From assembly GCA_963750165.1 (NCBI GenBank), contig CAVVPN010000011.1, positions 1,152,001 through 1,216,000 on the forward strand: DNA of 64,000 nucleotides. The letters run 5' to 3'. The translations under genes were made by a program, and so were the position numbers. Of this stretch, positions 33,128 to 42,363 are shown piece by piece (the stretch's first letter is position 1; each line of letters begins with the position of its first letter). The stretch is from an uncultured Gemmataceae bacterium. Lineage in GTDB: Bacteria; Planctomycetota; Planctomycetia; Gemmatales; Gemmataceae. The notes beneath the pieces are model-generated. The model was not told where the DNA came from, ran no database searches, and saw only the letters and a program-made list of their open reading frames with translations.

Positions 33128-33985
33128 GTGCAGCCGATTAGCTCAGGTCTGAACCCATTTCTTGTCACAACCGGATTTGGCCAGCCCATCTGCCGCCTTG
33201 GCCTCGCGTCCTATGGCCGAACCGCGATCACTGCCGATGACGTGCTCTCGGCGGTCGATCGGGGGGTCAACTTCCTCAACTGGCAGGGGCTACCCGATGG
33301 AGCGACCGACGGCGATGCTTTTCCAGCCGCTGTTTCCTCCCTCGGCATCAACCGCCGGTCAGTCATCGTCTGCGCCCAGTTCGGTGCGAGGAACCAAACC
33401 GATGCCGCGACGGAACTGCGGTCGGCACTCGCGGCTCTTGGGACCGACTACATCGACGTGCTCACCCTCTACTACATTGAACGGGCTGACGAGTGGGCGG
33501 AAATCACCGCGCCCGGCGGTGCGCTCCGCTATCTTCAAGACGCAAAACGGGACGGGATCGTTCGCCGGATCGGGATCACGAGCCACCAGCGCACACTCGC
33601 GGCGGAGATAGCCAAGAGCGGGCTCATTGACGCCGTCATGATCCGCTACAACGCGGCCCACCGCGGGGCCGAGCGGGAGGTGTTCCCGGTCGCACAACCT
33701 CTCGGGCTACCGGTCATCGCCTACACCGCCCTCCGGTGGGGAGCGCTTCTGCGCCCGACGCCCGACGATCCGCCCGGGTTTTCGTTTCCCCGACCTCCCG
33801 CCTGGTACCGTTTTGTCCTCCAGCATCCGGCGGTTACCGTGGCACTGTCTGCGCCGCAAACGCGGGCCGAACTCGACGAAGACCTGAACGTCCTCAAGGC
33901 AGCGGGGCCGCTCGGGAGCGAGGAATACGCCGCCCTCGCCAAACATGGTGAGAGGGTGCGGCGGCACGCTGGGGGCTTCCACTGA
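33128..33985 (+). CDS. Aldo/keto reductase (alternative start at 33113)
   Basis: LGTDYIDVLTLYY, RRIGITSH, IRYNAAHRGAE; GGAGG before the GTG. Confidence 0.82.
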   Translation: MQPISSGLNPFLVTTGFGQPICRLGLASYGRTAITADDVLSAVDRGVNFLNWQGLPDGATDGDAFPAAVSSLGINRRSVIVCAQFGARNQTDAATELRSALAALGTDYIDVLTLYYIERADEWAEITAPGGALRYLQDAKRDGIVRRIGITSHQRTLAAEIAKSGLIDAVMIRYNAAHRGAEREVFPVAQPLGLPVIAYTALRWGALLRPTPDDPPGFSFPRPPAWYRFVLQHPAVTVALSAPQTRAELDEDLNVLKAAGPLGSEEYAALAKHGERVRRHAGGFH

Positions 33986-34018
33986 ACAGTGGAGCGAGCG
34001 AGAAATGTACAATGCCAC

Positions 34019-34062
34019 TTGACGGTAGCCAAGCCGAATGCTTATGATTGAGTAGGCACTCA
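34019..34062 (+). promoter_or_regulatory. Sigma-70-like promoter overlapped by a putative TetR operator
   Basis: TTGACG-18 nt-TATGAT; operator-like TGATTGAGTAGGCACTCA at 34045-34062. Confidence 0.6.
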
Positions 34063-34076
34063 ATTACGGAGGTGGC

Positions 34077-34646
34077 ATGGCCCGTCCTCTCAGCGACGAC
34101 AAGCGGACAGCAATCCTGGAAGCGGCAGCGGAAGTCGTCGCCATGCTCGGGGTCGCCGCGCCGACGGCCAAGATCGCCAAGGATGCCGGGGTTGCTGAGG
34201 GCACCCTGTTCACCTACTTCGCCACCAAGGATGTCCTGTTGAACCAGTTGTACCTTTGGATCAAGGCAGGCCTGCGGGACGCCATGATGACCGACTACCC
34301 AGCCGACAAGAGCGTTCCGCTCCGCTGCCGCCACGTTTGGGAACGCTACGTCGGTTGGGGCTCGGCGCACCCGCTCGAACGCAAGGCGGCCCGCCAACTG
34401 GCGGTGTCTGACCGCATTACCGAAGAGAGCCGGAAGGTCGTCGGGGACCTGTTCGGCGCGTTCAACTCCCTGATGCGCGAGTGTGCGGCGGGCGGCTCGT
34501 TGAAAGAGCAGCCGACGGCGTTTGTGTCGTCGATCCTGAGTGCGATCGCTGAGACGACGATGGAGTTCATTGCCCGCGAGCCCAAGCGGGCCAAGCAATA
34601 CACGGCGGCAGGCTTCGAGGCTTTCTGGCACGCCGTTGCCGGCTGA
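34077..34646 (+). CDS. TetR/AcrR family transcriptional regulator
   Basis: N-terminal HTH AILEAA...IAKDAGVAEGTLFTYFATKDVL. Confidence 0.93.
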   Translation: MARPLSDDKRTAILEAAAEVVAMLGVAAPTAKIAKDAGVAEGTLFTYFATKDVLLNQLYLWIKAGLRDAMMTDYPADKSVPLRCRHVWERYVGWGSAHPLERKAARQLAVSDRITEESRKVVGDLFGAFNSLMRECAAGGSLKEQPTAFVSSILSAIAETTMEFIAREPKRAKQYTAAGFEAFWHAVAG

Positions 34647-34665
34647 TTTGTCTTTTTCCACCACG

Positions 34666-34685
34666 ATGAGCGAGTACTCGCTCAT
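34666..34685. promoter_or_regulatory. Perfect 20-bp palindrome, putative second TetR operator
   Basis: ATGAGCGAGTACTCGCTCAT; 13/18 identical to the site at 34045-34062. Confidence 0.62.
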
Positions 34686-34708
34686 TTCTACCAAGGGAGT
34701 AATACGCT

Positions 34709-35692
34709 ATGCAAGAGATCCAAGACACCGAACAGAAGCCTCTGAACACGGGGTTCGGGCCGACAACCACTGCCGCCGAGGTCGCCGCAGGAAGCAACCT
34801 CCAGGGCAAGATCGCCGTCGTCACGGGCGGCTCTTCGGGAATCGGGCCTGAGACCGCGAGGGTTCTGGCAGTGGCAGGCGCACGGGTAATCGTCGGAGCC
34901 CGCGACACCGAGAAGGCCCGGCGTGCCCTCGCCAGCGTGAAGAATGTTGAAGTGTGGCCGCTGGATCTCGCCGACCCCGATTCCATTGATCGGTTCGCCG
35001 GGCGGTTCGCGGAATTGGGCGGTGCGCTGGACATTCTCATCAACAACGCCGGTGTCATGGCCACGCCGCTGACACGAGACAGTCGCGGCTACGAGATCCA
35101 GTTCGCGACGAACCACCTTGGGCACTTCCAGCTCACGGCAGGTTTATGGGAGTTCCTTGGTCGGGCCGGGGCCGCGCGAGTCGTTTCCCTATCGTCTGTC
35201 GGACATCGCCGCGCCCCGGTTGATCTGGTCGATCCGAACTTCGACAAACGGACCTACGACAAGTGGGCGGCCTACGGGCAATCGAAGTCCGCGAATTCGC
35301 TCTTTGCGGTCGAACTCGACCGAAGGGGCCGTGAACATGGAGTCCGCGCCTTCGCGGTTCACCCCGGCGGGATACTTACACACCTTGTTCGCCACATGAC
35401 CGACGATGAGTTAGCTGCCTACGGAATCGTTCGAGCCGGTGGCGCGCTTCAAACACCCGCGACGGGTTACAAGACCGTCGCGCAAGGCGCGGCGACTTCG
35501 GTGTGGTGCGCAGTCAGTCCGACCTTGAACGGTCGAGGCGGCGTTTACTGCGAAGACTGCGACATCGCAGCGGCCGTAGCTGCGGACAGCAAGGAACTTA
35601 ATGGTGTCCGACCCTGGGCGATCGATAAGAACTTCGCGCAAGCACTTTGGGACCTGAGCGAACGACTGACCGGATTACAGTGGCCAAAATGA
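34709..35692 (+). CDS. Short-chain dehydrogenase/reductase
   Basis: TGGSSGIG, NNAGVM, TNHLGHF, YGQSK, VHPG. Confidence 0.92.
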   Translation: MQEIQDTEQKPLNTGFGPTTTAAEVAAGSNLQGKIAVVTGGSSGIGPETARVLAVAGARVIVGARDTEKARRALASVKNVEVWPLDLADPDSIDRFAGRFAELGGALDILINNAGVMATPLTRDSRGYEIQFATNHLGHFQLTAGLWEFLGRAGAARVVSLSSVGHRRAPVDLVDPNFDKRTYDKWAAYGQSKSANSLFAVELDRRGREHGVRAFAVHPGGILTHLVRHMTDDELAAYGIVRAGGALQTPATGYKTVAQGAATSVWCAVSPTLNGRGGVYCEDCDIAAAVAADSKELNGVRPWAIDKNFAQALWDLSERLTGLQWPK

Positions 35693-35711
35693 ATCGAGTT
35701 GAGACCAGAAA

Positions 35712-35783
35712 CTCCCCGACCAGGACTCGAACCTGGAACAAACCGGTTAACAGCCGGTTGCTCTACCATTGAGCTATCGGGGA
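35712..35783 (-). tRNA. tRNA-Asn (GTT); CCA not encoded
   Basis: Reverse complement TCCCCGATAGCTCAATGGTAGAGCAACCGGCTGTTAACCGGTTTGTTCCAGGTTCGAGTCCTGGTCGGGGAG folds as a cloverleaf with a GTT anticodon and TTCGA T-loop. Confidence 0.96.
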
Positions 35784-35857
35784 TCGACTGCCCTGGTCTA
35801 CCTTCCTAGAATACCGGTCAGCCGCACCCCTGGCAACACCGCTTCCGGAGAATTTCC

Positions 35858-36706
35858 ATGCGCCTGGCCACCGTTTTCACCCCGCACGGACCCGCGCAGC
35901 CGCCTTCATCAAGAACACTTACGTCGATCTGCACGCCACCGACCCCGATCTGCCGCCAACCGTCCGCCTCCTCCTCGAAGGCAACCTCCTCGGCCGCGCC
36001 CGGCAGGCCGCCGAGTCGCCGCAGGCCGTCAAGTGCGCTGACGCCACGCTGCTGCCGCCCATCCCCGATCCGCCGAAAATCGTCTGCCTCGGCCTCAACT
36101 ACCGCGACCACGCCGCCGAGAGCGGCGCTCCCATCCCGCGATCCCGTTCTGTTCAGCAAGTACGCCACCAGTCTCATCGGCCCCGGCGCCAGCATCCGCT
36201 TGCCGCGCGTCAGCAACGAGGTCGATTACGAGGCCGAACTCGTCATCGTCGTCGGCAAGCGCGGCCGCCATGTCCGCGCGGCCGACGCCGGCCAGTACGT
36301 CGCCGGCTACACCGTCGGCCATGATGTCTCCGCCCGCGACTGGCAGCTCAAGAAGGATGGCAAGCAGTGGATGGTCGGCAAAACCTTCGACACCTTCGCC
36401 CCCACCGGCCCGCACCTCGTCACCGCCGACGAGGTGCCCGACCCGCACGCGCTGCCCGTCCGCCTCCGCCTCAACGGCCAGACCATGCAGGACAGCAACA
36501 CCAGCCAGATGATTTTTGCCGTCCCCTTCGTCATCGCTTACCTTTCGCAGGTCTTCACCCTGGAGCCCGGCGACCTGATCTTCACCGGCACGCCGCCCGG
36601 CGTCGGCATGGCCCGCAAACCGCCCGTCTTCCTCAAGGGCGGCGATGTGGTCGAGATCGAAATCGGCGACCTCGGCGTGCTCCGCAACCCCGTCGTCCAG
36701 GAGTGA
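35858..36706 (+). CDS. Fumarylacetoacetate hydrolase family protein; two compensating frameshifts (~35893, ~36138)
   Basis: [31 protein letters not shown]. The expected [14 protein letters not shown] lies in the alternative frame between the two shifts. Confidence 0.88.
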   Translation: MRLATVFTPHGPAQPPSSRTLTSICTPPTPICRQPSASSSKATSSAAPGRPPSRRRPSSALTPRCCRPSPIRRKSSASASTTATTPPRAALPSRDPVLFSKYATSLIGPGASIRLPRVSNEVDYEAELVIVVGKRGRHVRAADAGQYVAGYTVGHDVSARDWQLKKDGKQWMVGKTFDTFAPTGPHLVTADEVPDPHALPVRLRLNGQTMQDSNTSQMIFAVPFVIAYLSQVFTLEPGDLIFTGTPPGVGMARKPPVFLKGGDVVEIEIGDLGVLRNPVVQE

Positions 36707-36720
36707 GGTACTTTCCCGGG

Positions 36721-36783
36721 CGAGCGGCGCGGCGTTAGCCCGCCGGTGCGGGCTCTACCGGCGGCCTGACGCCGCGCCGCTCG
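36721..36783. repeat. REP-like inverted repeat, same family as 28864-28948
   Basis: CGAGCGGCGCGGCGTTAGCCCGCCGGT ... ACCGGCGGCCTGACGCCGCGCCGCTCG. Confidence 0.82.
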
Positions 36784-36803
36784 TCAAATAAGGAGTAACT
36801 GCG

Positions 36804-37589
36804 TTGAATGCCGACTGGCGCAACCGCTACGATGCGATGGTCCCCGCTGCCGAACAGGCCGGCGCCCACGCCCTCCGTTACTTCGACACCAACCTGCCCG
36901 TCGAATGGAAGCACGACCACAGCCCCGTCACCGTCGCCGACCGCGAGGCCGAGGCGCTGCTGCGCAAGACCCTGCTGGAAAAATTCCCGCACGACGGCTT
37001 CCTCGGCGAGGAGTTCGGCGACAGCCCCGGCACCTCCAGCTTTCGCTGGATCGTGGACCCCGTGGACGGCACGCGCAACTTCGTCCGCAACATCCCGCTG
37101 TGGGGCACCCTCGTTGGCCTGGAGCACCGCGGCGAGGCGGTCGCCGGCGTCGTCGTCATCCCGCCGCTGCACCTGACCTACCGCGGCCTGCGCGGCGACG
37201 GCGCCTACCGCGGCGACCGACGCCTGCGCGTCTCCGAGGTCAGCGAACTGAGCCAGGCCACGCTCTTCTACACGAGCCTGCGTTTCTACGAGCGCGTCGG
37301 CAAACTGGACGTGTTCCTGAATCTGAGCCGCTGCTGCCAGAACCAGCGCGGCTACGGCGACTTTTACGGCCATGTCCTGCTGGCGCAGGGCTCCGGCGAT
37401 TTGATGGTCGAGGCGGGCGTCCACCACTGGGACGTGGCGGCACTGCAGCCGATCGTCGAGGAGGCGGGCGGCCGCTTCACCACCTGGGACGGCACCATTG
37501 ACCTGACCCGGCCGGACGTGCTGGTCAGCAACGGCCGGCTGCACGCCGCGGCGCAGCGGATTCTGCTCGGGACGGAGGCCACGCCATGA
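36804..37589 (+). CDS. Inositol monophosphatase family, probable histidinol-phosphatase (HisN-like)
   Basis: SPVTVADREAE, GEEFG, WIVDPVDGTRNF, WDVAA, EEAGG. Confidence 0.85.
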   Translation: MNADWRNRYDAMVPAAEQAGAHALRYFDTNLPVEWKHDHSPVTVADREAEALLRKTLLEKFPHDGFLGEEFGDSPGTSSFRWIVDPVDGTRNFVRNIPLWGTLVGLEHRGEAVAGVVVIPPLHLTYRGLRGDGAYRGDRRLRVSEVSELSQATLFYTSLRFYERVGKLDVFLNLSRCCQNQRGYGDFYGHVLLAQGSGDLMVEAGVHHWDVAALQPIVEEAGGRFTTWDGTIDLTRPDVLVSNGRLHAAAQRILLGTEATP

Positions 37590-38643
37590 CTTCGCCACGC
37601 ACCATTGCCTGGGTCGGCGCCGTGAACGGCCACGTCCGGCTGATCGACCAGACACTGCTGCCGACACGGTTGGAGTACCGCGACTGCCACACCGTCGAGG
37701 ACGTGTGGGAGGCGATCAAGGTGCTGCGCATGCGCGGGCGCCGGCCATTGGCATCGCCGCGGCCTATGGCGTCGTCCTGGGCCTGCACCCGGGGCTGCAA
37801 GAGCGCTGGCACGACGACCCCTTCCCGCGTTTGCGCGAGGTGTCGGACTACCTGCGCCGCAGCCGGCCCACGGCGGTCAATCTGTTCTGGGCACTGGATC
37901 GGATGGAACGCCGCGCGAAAGATCTGTGGCCGCTGGTCTGCCCTACCGAATGGTTGCAGGGCCTGCTCCGGGAAGCGCAGGCCATTCACGACGAGGACGC
38001 GGCCATGTGCCGGGCCATCGGCCGGGCGGGGGCGGAGCTGGTGCGTGACGGTAGCGGTGTGTTGACGCACTGCAACGCGGGCGGCCTGGCGACGGCGGAC
38101 TACGGCACGGCGCTGGCGGTGCTGTACTGTGCCGCGGAGCAGGGCAAGCAGTTTCGCGTGTTCGCCGACGAGACGCGGCCGCTGCTGCAAGGGGCCCGGC
38201 TGACAGCGTGGGAGCTGCAGCAGCGCGGCCTGGACGTGACGTTGATCTGCGACAACATGGCGGCGCAGGTGATGAAGGAGGGCCGCGTGCAGCTGGTCGT
38301 GACGGGGGCGGATCGCATCGCCGCCAACGGCGACACCGCGAACAAGATCGGCACCTACGGCGTCGCCCTGCTGGCGCGGGCCCATGAGATTCCGTTCTAC
38401 ATCGCGGCGCCGTCCAGCACCTTCGACCTGAGCCTGGCCAGCGGCGACACCATCCCCATCGAGCAGCGCGACCCGCAGGAGGTGACGCACGGCCTCGGCC
38501 GGCAGACCGCCCCGGACGGCGTGAAGGTCTACAACCCGGCGTTCGACGTGACGCCGGCCGAGCTGATCGCGGGCATCATCACCGAGAAGGGCGTGATCGC
38601 GCCCGTGACGGCGGCGAACATCCGGGCGGCGCCGGGCGCCTGA
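37586..38643 (+). CDS. mtnA: S-methyl-5-thioribose-1-phosphate isomerase; frameshift at ~37737
   Basis: IDQTLLP, R(G)APAIG, SRPTAVNL, THCNAGGLAT, DETRPLLQGARLT, GADRIAANGD, NPAFDVTP. Confidence 0.93.
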
Positions 38644-38692
38644 CGCGCCGGGTGGAGGAAAACGGGACGTGCCCGTCCTTCAAGAAAAACCG

Positions 38693-39460
38693 CTACCGTG
38701 CTTGCGTCCGGGCATGCTTTTCCAGCGCCGCCTTGCAGTACGAGAACAGCAGCCCCAGATCAATCAACTCCTGCTCCAACCGCTCCGGCTCCGGCGCGCC
38801 GTGCAGCGACCGGGCCACCTCCTGCACCAGCAAATCGCCGAACAGCTCGCGGCCGCGGTGCAGCAGCTGGCGGACGCCCGCGGCGCTGACCGGCCGGCCC
38901 AGGCGAGCGCTGAGCTGCTCCGCGAGCTGCGGCGAACGCAGGTCGGGCTGCTCCTCCTTCAAGCGCAGGGCGCTGCTATACGGCTGGCCGGTCTGCCGCT
39001 CCGTCTGCTCCAGCGCCTTCCACGCCTGGTTGATTAGCTCCTGGCGCCAGCACTCGGTGAAGCGCGCGTCCTCCTCCGGGGTGGCGTCCGGTTCCGCTGC
39101 CGGCTCGTGGCTGCCTTCGGGGGCGAGCGGAGCGTGCCGCTTCTGGTCGCGGCCGCGGGCGCGGTAGTGGTCGATGACCATGCGACGCAGGACGGCCTTG
39201 AGGTAGTCGCGGAAGCGGCCGCGGTCGGGGTCGGCTCGCTTCAGGAAGTTGTCCGTCTCCAGAACGCGGACGGCGAAGTCGCTGAAGAGTTGTCCGGCGG
39301 CGTGCTCGTCGCGCAGCTCGGCACGCAGGTAGCGCAGCACCGCCTCGTGGTAGCGCACCAGCAGGTCGTTGCGGGCGGCGTCGCCGCGCGTCTCCTGGGC
39401 CTGGAAGATGTGCGACCAGTGGGTGGGCATGTCGGCGAGATTGGCAACGGCGTCGCTCAT
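38693..39460 (-). CDS. ECF-type sigma-70 factor with C-terminal extension
   Basis: THWSHI, LLVRYHEAVLRY, DPDRGRFRDYLK (region 2), VRQLLHRGRELF (region 4); ATGA overlap with the upstream kinase gene. Confidence 0.82.
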   Translation of the reverse strand: MSDAVANLADMPTHWSHIFQAQETRGDAARNDLLVRYHEAVLRYLRAELRDEHAAGQLFSDFAVRVLETDNFLKRADPDRGRFRDYLKAVLRRMVIDHYRARGRDQKRHAPLAPEGSHEPAAEPDATPEEDARFTECWRQELINQAWKALEQTERQTGQPYSSALRLKEEQPDLRSPQLAEQLSARLGRPVSAAGVRQLLHRGRELFGDLLVQEVARSLHGAPEPERLEQELIDLGLLFSYCKAALEKHARTQAR

Positions 39461-42120
39461 AAGGTGTCCCGCACGGCCGGGGCGGCAGGCACATTGTACT
39501 CGGCCTCCCGCGCCGCGCCCACGAACGCCGCCTCCACCTCGAAGCCGTCCGACCGTTTCCGGCCGCAGGCCAGCCGGGCCAGCACGGCGAGGTCGCCCAG
39601 CGGCGGCGTCGGCAGCAACTGCACGTACGCCAGTCCCACGGGCAGTTCCGCGGGCGCCAGCAGACTGATGCCGGCCTGGGACAGGTCGATGGCCTGGGCC
39701 TCGATTGGCGTGCCGAACCCCAGATCGGGCAGCACCGGGACCAGGTGGACCGGCTGCGCGAACGGCCAGCGCTGCAACAGCCGCGGACGCACCTCGACCT
39801 GCAAGTAGGTGCGCAGGCTGTGCAGCACCGCAGGCCCAACCTCGGCCACGAGCCGCGGCGTGTCAGTGTTGGGGTTCCACTGCGCCACGCGCAGGTTGGC
39901 CCGGAACAGCTGACCGTCACACGGGTCGGGCTGCAACCGCACGCTCACCTCCAGGCCCCACGGCGGCTTGCCGACCCACTGCTGCCACAGCGTCTGCGGG
40001 GCGGCGATGCGGCAGACGAACGTGGTCGGATCCTGGGTCACCAGTTCGCCCCGCCACTGCACGCGGAAGCCGTTCACCCGCAGCTTCAGCGCCCCCGAAA
40101 ACGCCCGCACCAGGCAGCGGTGCTCCAGCACGTTGCCTCGGCACACCAGGTAGCGGAAATTCTGGCACTCCTCCAGCCGTCGCGCCCCGGCGGCGGCGAT
40201 CAGCACCTGGTCCACCAACTCGGACACGGCCGGCAGCGGGCCGGCGCCCGGCGGGTCGTCCGCGGTGCCGCAGCGGGCCACCACCGGCAACTCCGAGAAC
40301 TTCTCCTGCCGGTTTTCGTCCCGGGCCTCGATGGCGTCCTCGATGGCGTCTTCCAGAGCACGCACGAAGTCGCCGCAGCGAGCGAAGCGCCGGGCCGGGT
40401 CGGCGTCCAGGGCGCGGGCGACGATGGCGCGGTCCAGCGCGGTCAGCGCGTCCAGATCCGGGGCTCCGGGGCGGCCGTCGCGGCGGCTGCCGCGGCTGTG
40501 TAGCGGGTGGACCCCGGTGACCAGTTCGGCGAAGATCAGCGCCAGGCTGTACTGGTCGGCGGCAGCGCCGACGCCGGGCCGGTGCAACTCCGGGGCGGCG
40601 TAGCGCGGGTTGAGTGGCCCGACCGGCTGGCCCATCGGCGCCCACGCCAGGTGCAGTAGACCGAAGTCCGCCACGCGCACCCGCTGAGCGGCCAGCACCA
40701 GGTTGTGCGGCCGTAGTCCCAGGTGGTACAGTTGCCGCGCCGCGAAGTGGTCGAGCACCTCCGCGGCCGGCCGCAGGTAGTTCAGCAGCTCCGCCCGCGG
40801 GATGCCCGGCAGGCCCTGGCTGAAGCACTCCTGGAAGCGTGTGCGCAGCGTCCGGTGGCACAGTTCGCTGAGGACGGCCACGCGGCTGCCGCCGCAGATC
40901 ACCACCTCCAACGGCACCAGGTTGGGGTGACGCAACCCCTGCAACCGCGACGCCAGGCCGGCATGGGAGCCGGCCGCAGCACAGAGGTGCTGGGCCAGCC
41001 GCTCGGCGCCCACGTTGTCGCGGACCTTCCAGACTTCGGCCAGGGGCGTGCTCTGCAGTAGCTGGACGACACGGTAGCCCGGGATCGGCTCGGCCGGGTC
41101 GTCCAGCACGGTCTCGGAGAGTGTGTCGGTGCTCGGCTTGGGCGTCGCCTTCAGGTCGTCGCTCTGGGGCGCCTGGGCGCTCAGGCTCCGTAGCAGCGGC
41201 GCCATCAGCAGCGTGCACAGCTGCCCCGCGGCGCCGCCGCCGGACGACAGAGTCGCCCCGCCCAGCAGGGCGCTGACGAACTCCAGGCACGATCGGAAGC
41301 GGCGCTCCGGGTCCTTCTCCAGCGCCCGGCCCACGGCGGCGCGGTCGCCCGGCGGCAGCGGCTCCAGGTTCGGACTGGCTTGCAGGTGGCCCATCATCAG
41401 CTGCCGGGCGTTACGGCCCTCAATCGGCAGCATGCCCGTCAGCAGTTCCATGTAGACGATGGCCAGGCTGTACTGATCGCTGTGGCGGCTGAAGGTGCCG
41501 CGGTAGACTTCGGGGGCGGCGTATTGCGGCGTGACACCGGCCTGCAGCTGGGCCGTGCCGCCGCAGATTTCGCCCAGGCTGTGGACCAGACCGAAGTCGG
41601 CGACCTTGACGTGATTGCTGACGACGAAGAGGTTGCGCGGCTTGACATCGAGGTGCTGCAACTGGTGCTGGAAATTCAGGTAGTCGAGGGCCTCGGCCGC
41701 CTCCAGCAGGAAGGCGAGCAGGGCCTCGCGCGGGATGCCGGGCAGTCCCTGATCGCGGCACTCGTGGGCCACGTCGTCGAGGTTGCGGTCGGCCAGCTCC
41801 ATGACGATCATCAACTCGCCGCCGATGACCTCGACCCGTTCCAGTGACAGGATGAACGGGTGGCGCACGGCCTTGAGCCGCTGCTGGGCGTGCAGTTCCT
41901 GGCGGGCGGCGTTATCGCCGTCGAGCTGGTTCAGGTTGCCGCCGACGAACTTGATGGCCTTGCACAGCCCGCCGGGCACCTCGCACTTCCAGACTTCGCC
42001 GAAACCGCCGGCGCCGAGCGGCTCCAGCAGGCGATAGCCGGGCAGCGGTTCCTGCCCCGCGGCGTGTACCGCGGACCCGGTGGGAACGGGGGCGGCCAGC
42101 GGGTTGGGCAACATGATCAC
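39457..42120 (-). CDS. Tandem Ser/Thr kinase-pseudokinase protein with C-terminal PilZ-like domain
   Basis: Domain 1: GAGGFGEVW, KAIK, HLDVKPRN, DFG, APE. Domain 2: HLGLRPHN, DFG, APE. C-terminus: RLLQR ... DLSQAG. Confidence 0.88.
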   Translation of the reverse strand: MIMLPNPLAAPVPTGSAVHAAGQEPLPGYRLLEPLGAGGFGEVWKCEVPGGLCKAIKFVGGNLNQLDGDNAARQELHAQQRLKAVRHPFILSLERVEVIGGELMIVMELADRNLDDVAHECRDQGLPGIPREALLAFLLEAAEALDYLNFQHQLQHLDVKPRNLFVVSNHVKVADFGLVHSLGEICGGTAQLQAGVTPQYAAPEVYRGTFSRHSDQYSLAIVYMELLTGMLPIEGRNARQLMMGHLQASPNLEPLPPGDRAAVGRALEKDPERRFRSCLEFVSALLGGATLSSGGGAAGQLCTLLMAPLLRSLSAQAPQSDDLKATPKPSTDTLSETVLDDPAEPIPGYRVVQLLQSTPLAEVWKVRDNVGAERLAQHLCAAAGSHAGLASRLQGLRHPNLVPLEVVICGGSRVAVLSELCHRTLRTRFQECFSQGLPGIPRAELLNYLRPAAEVLDHFAARQLYHLGLRPHNLVLAAQRVRVADFGLLHLAWAPMGQPVGPLNPRYAAPELHRPGVGAAADQYSLALIFAELVTGVHPLHSRGSRRDGRPGAPDLDALTALDRAIVARALDADPARRFARCGDFVRALEDAIEDAIEARDENRQEKFSELPVVARCGTADDPPGAGPLPAVSELVDQVLIAAAGARRLEECQNFRYLVCRGNVLEHRCLVRAFSGALKLRVNGFRVQWRGELVTQDPTTFVCRIAAPQTLWQQWVGKPPWGLEVSVRLQPDPCDGQLFRANLRVAQWNPNTDTPRLVAEVGPAVLHSLRTYLQVEVRPRLLQRWPFAQPVHLVPVLPDLGFGTPIEAQAIDLSQAGISLLAPAELPVGLAYVQLLPTPPLGDLAVLARLACGRKRSDGFEVEAAFVGAAREAEYNVPAAPAVRDTL

Positions 42121-42363
42121 TTACAGGTTCCTCCCGCGGAAACCGATGCCGCGGCGTGCTTCCCAGGGCCGACGGTGGCTAACCGGGCAGTTCCGATACG
42201 GAAACTCCCTCACACAAGGGTAGCTCATGATTGCCGCCAGTGTGACACGATTGCTAATAAAATTATTGCCCGGGACAGAACGGGGCGGAAATGCGGAAAC
42301 ACCCCGGGCTCGCCGCGATCGCGGCGAGCCCGGGGTGTGGGTCGGGGCGACAGTCGGCTCCGA

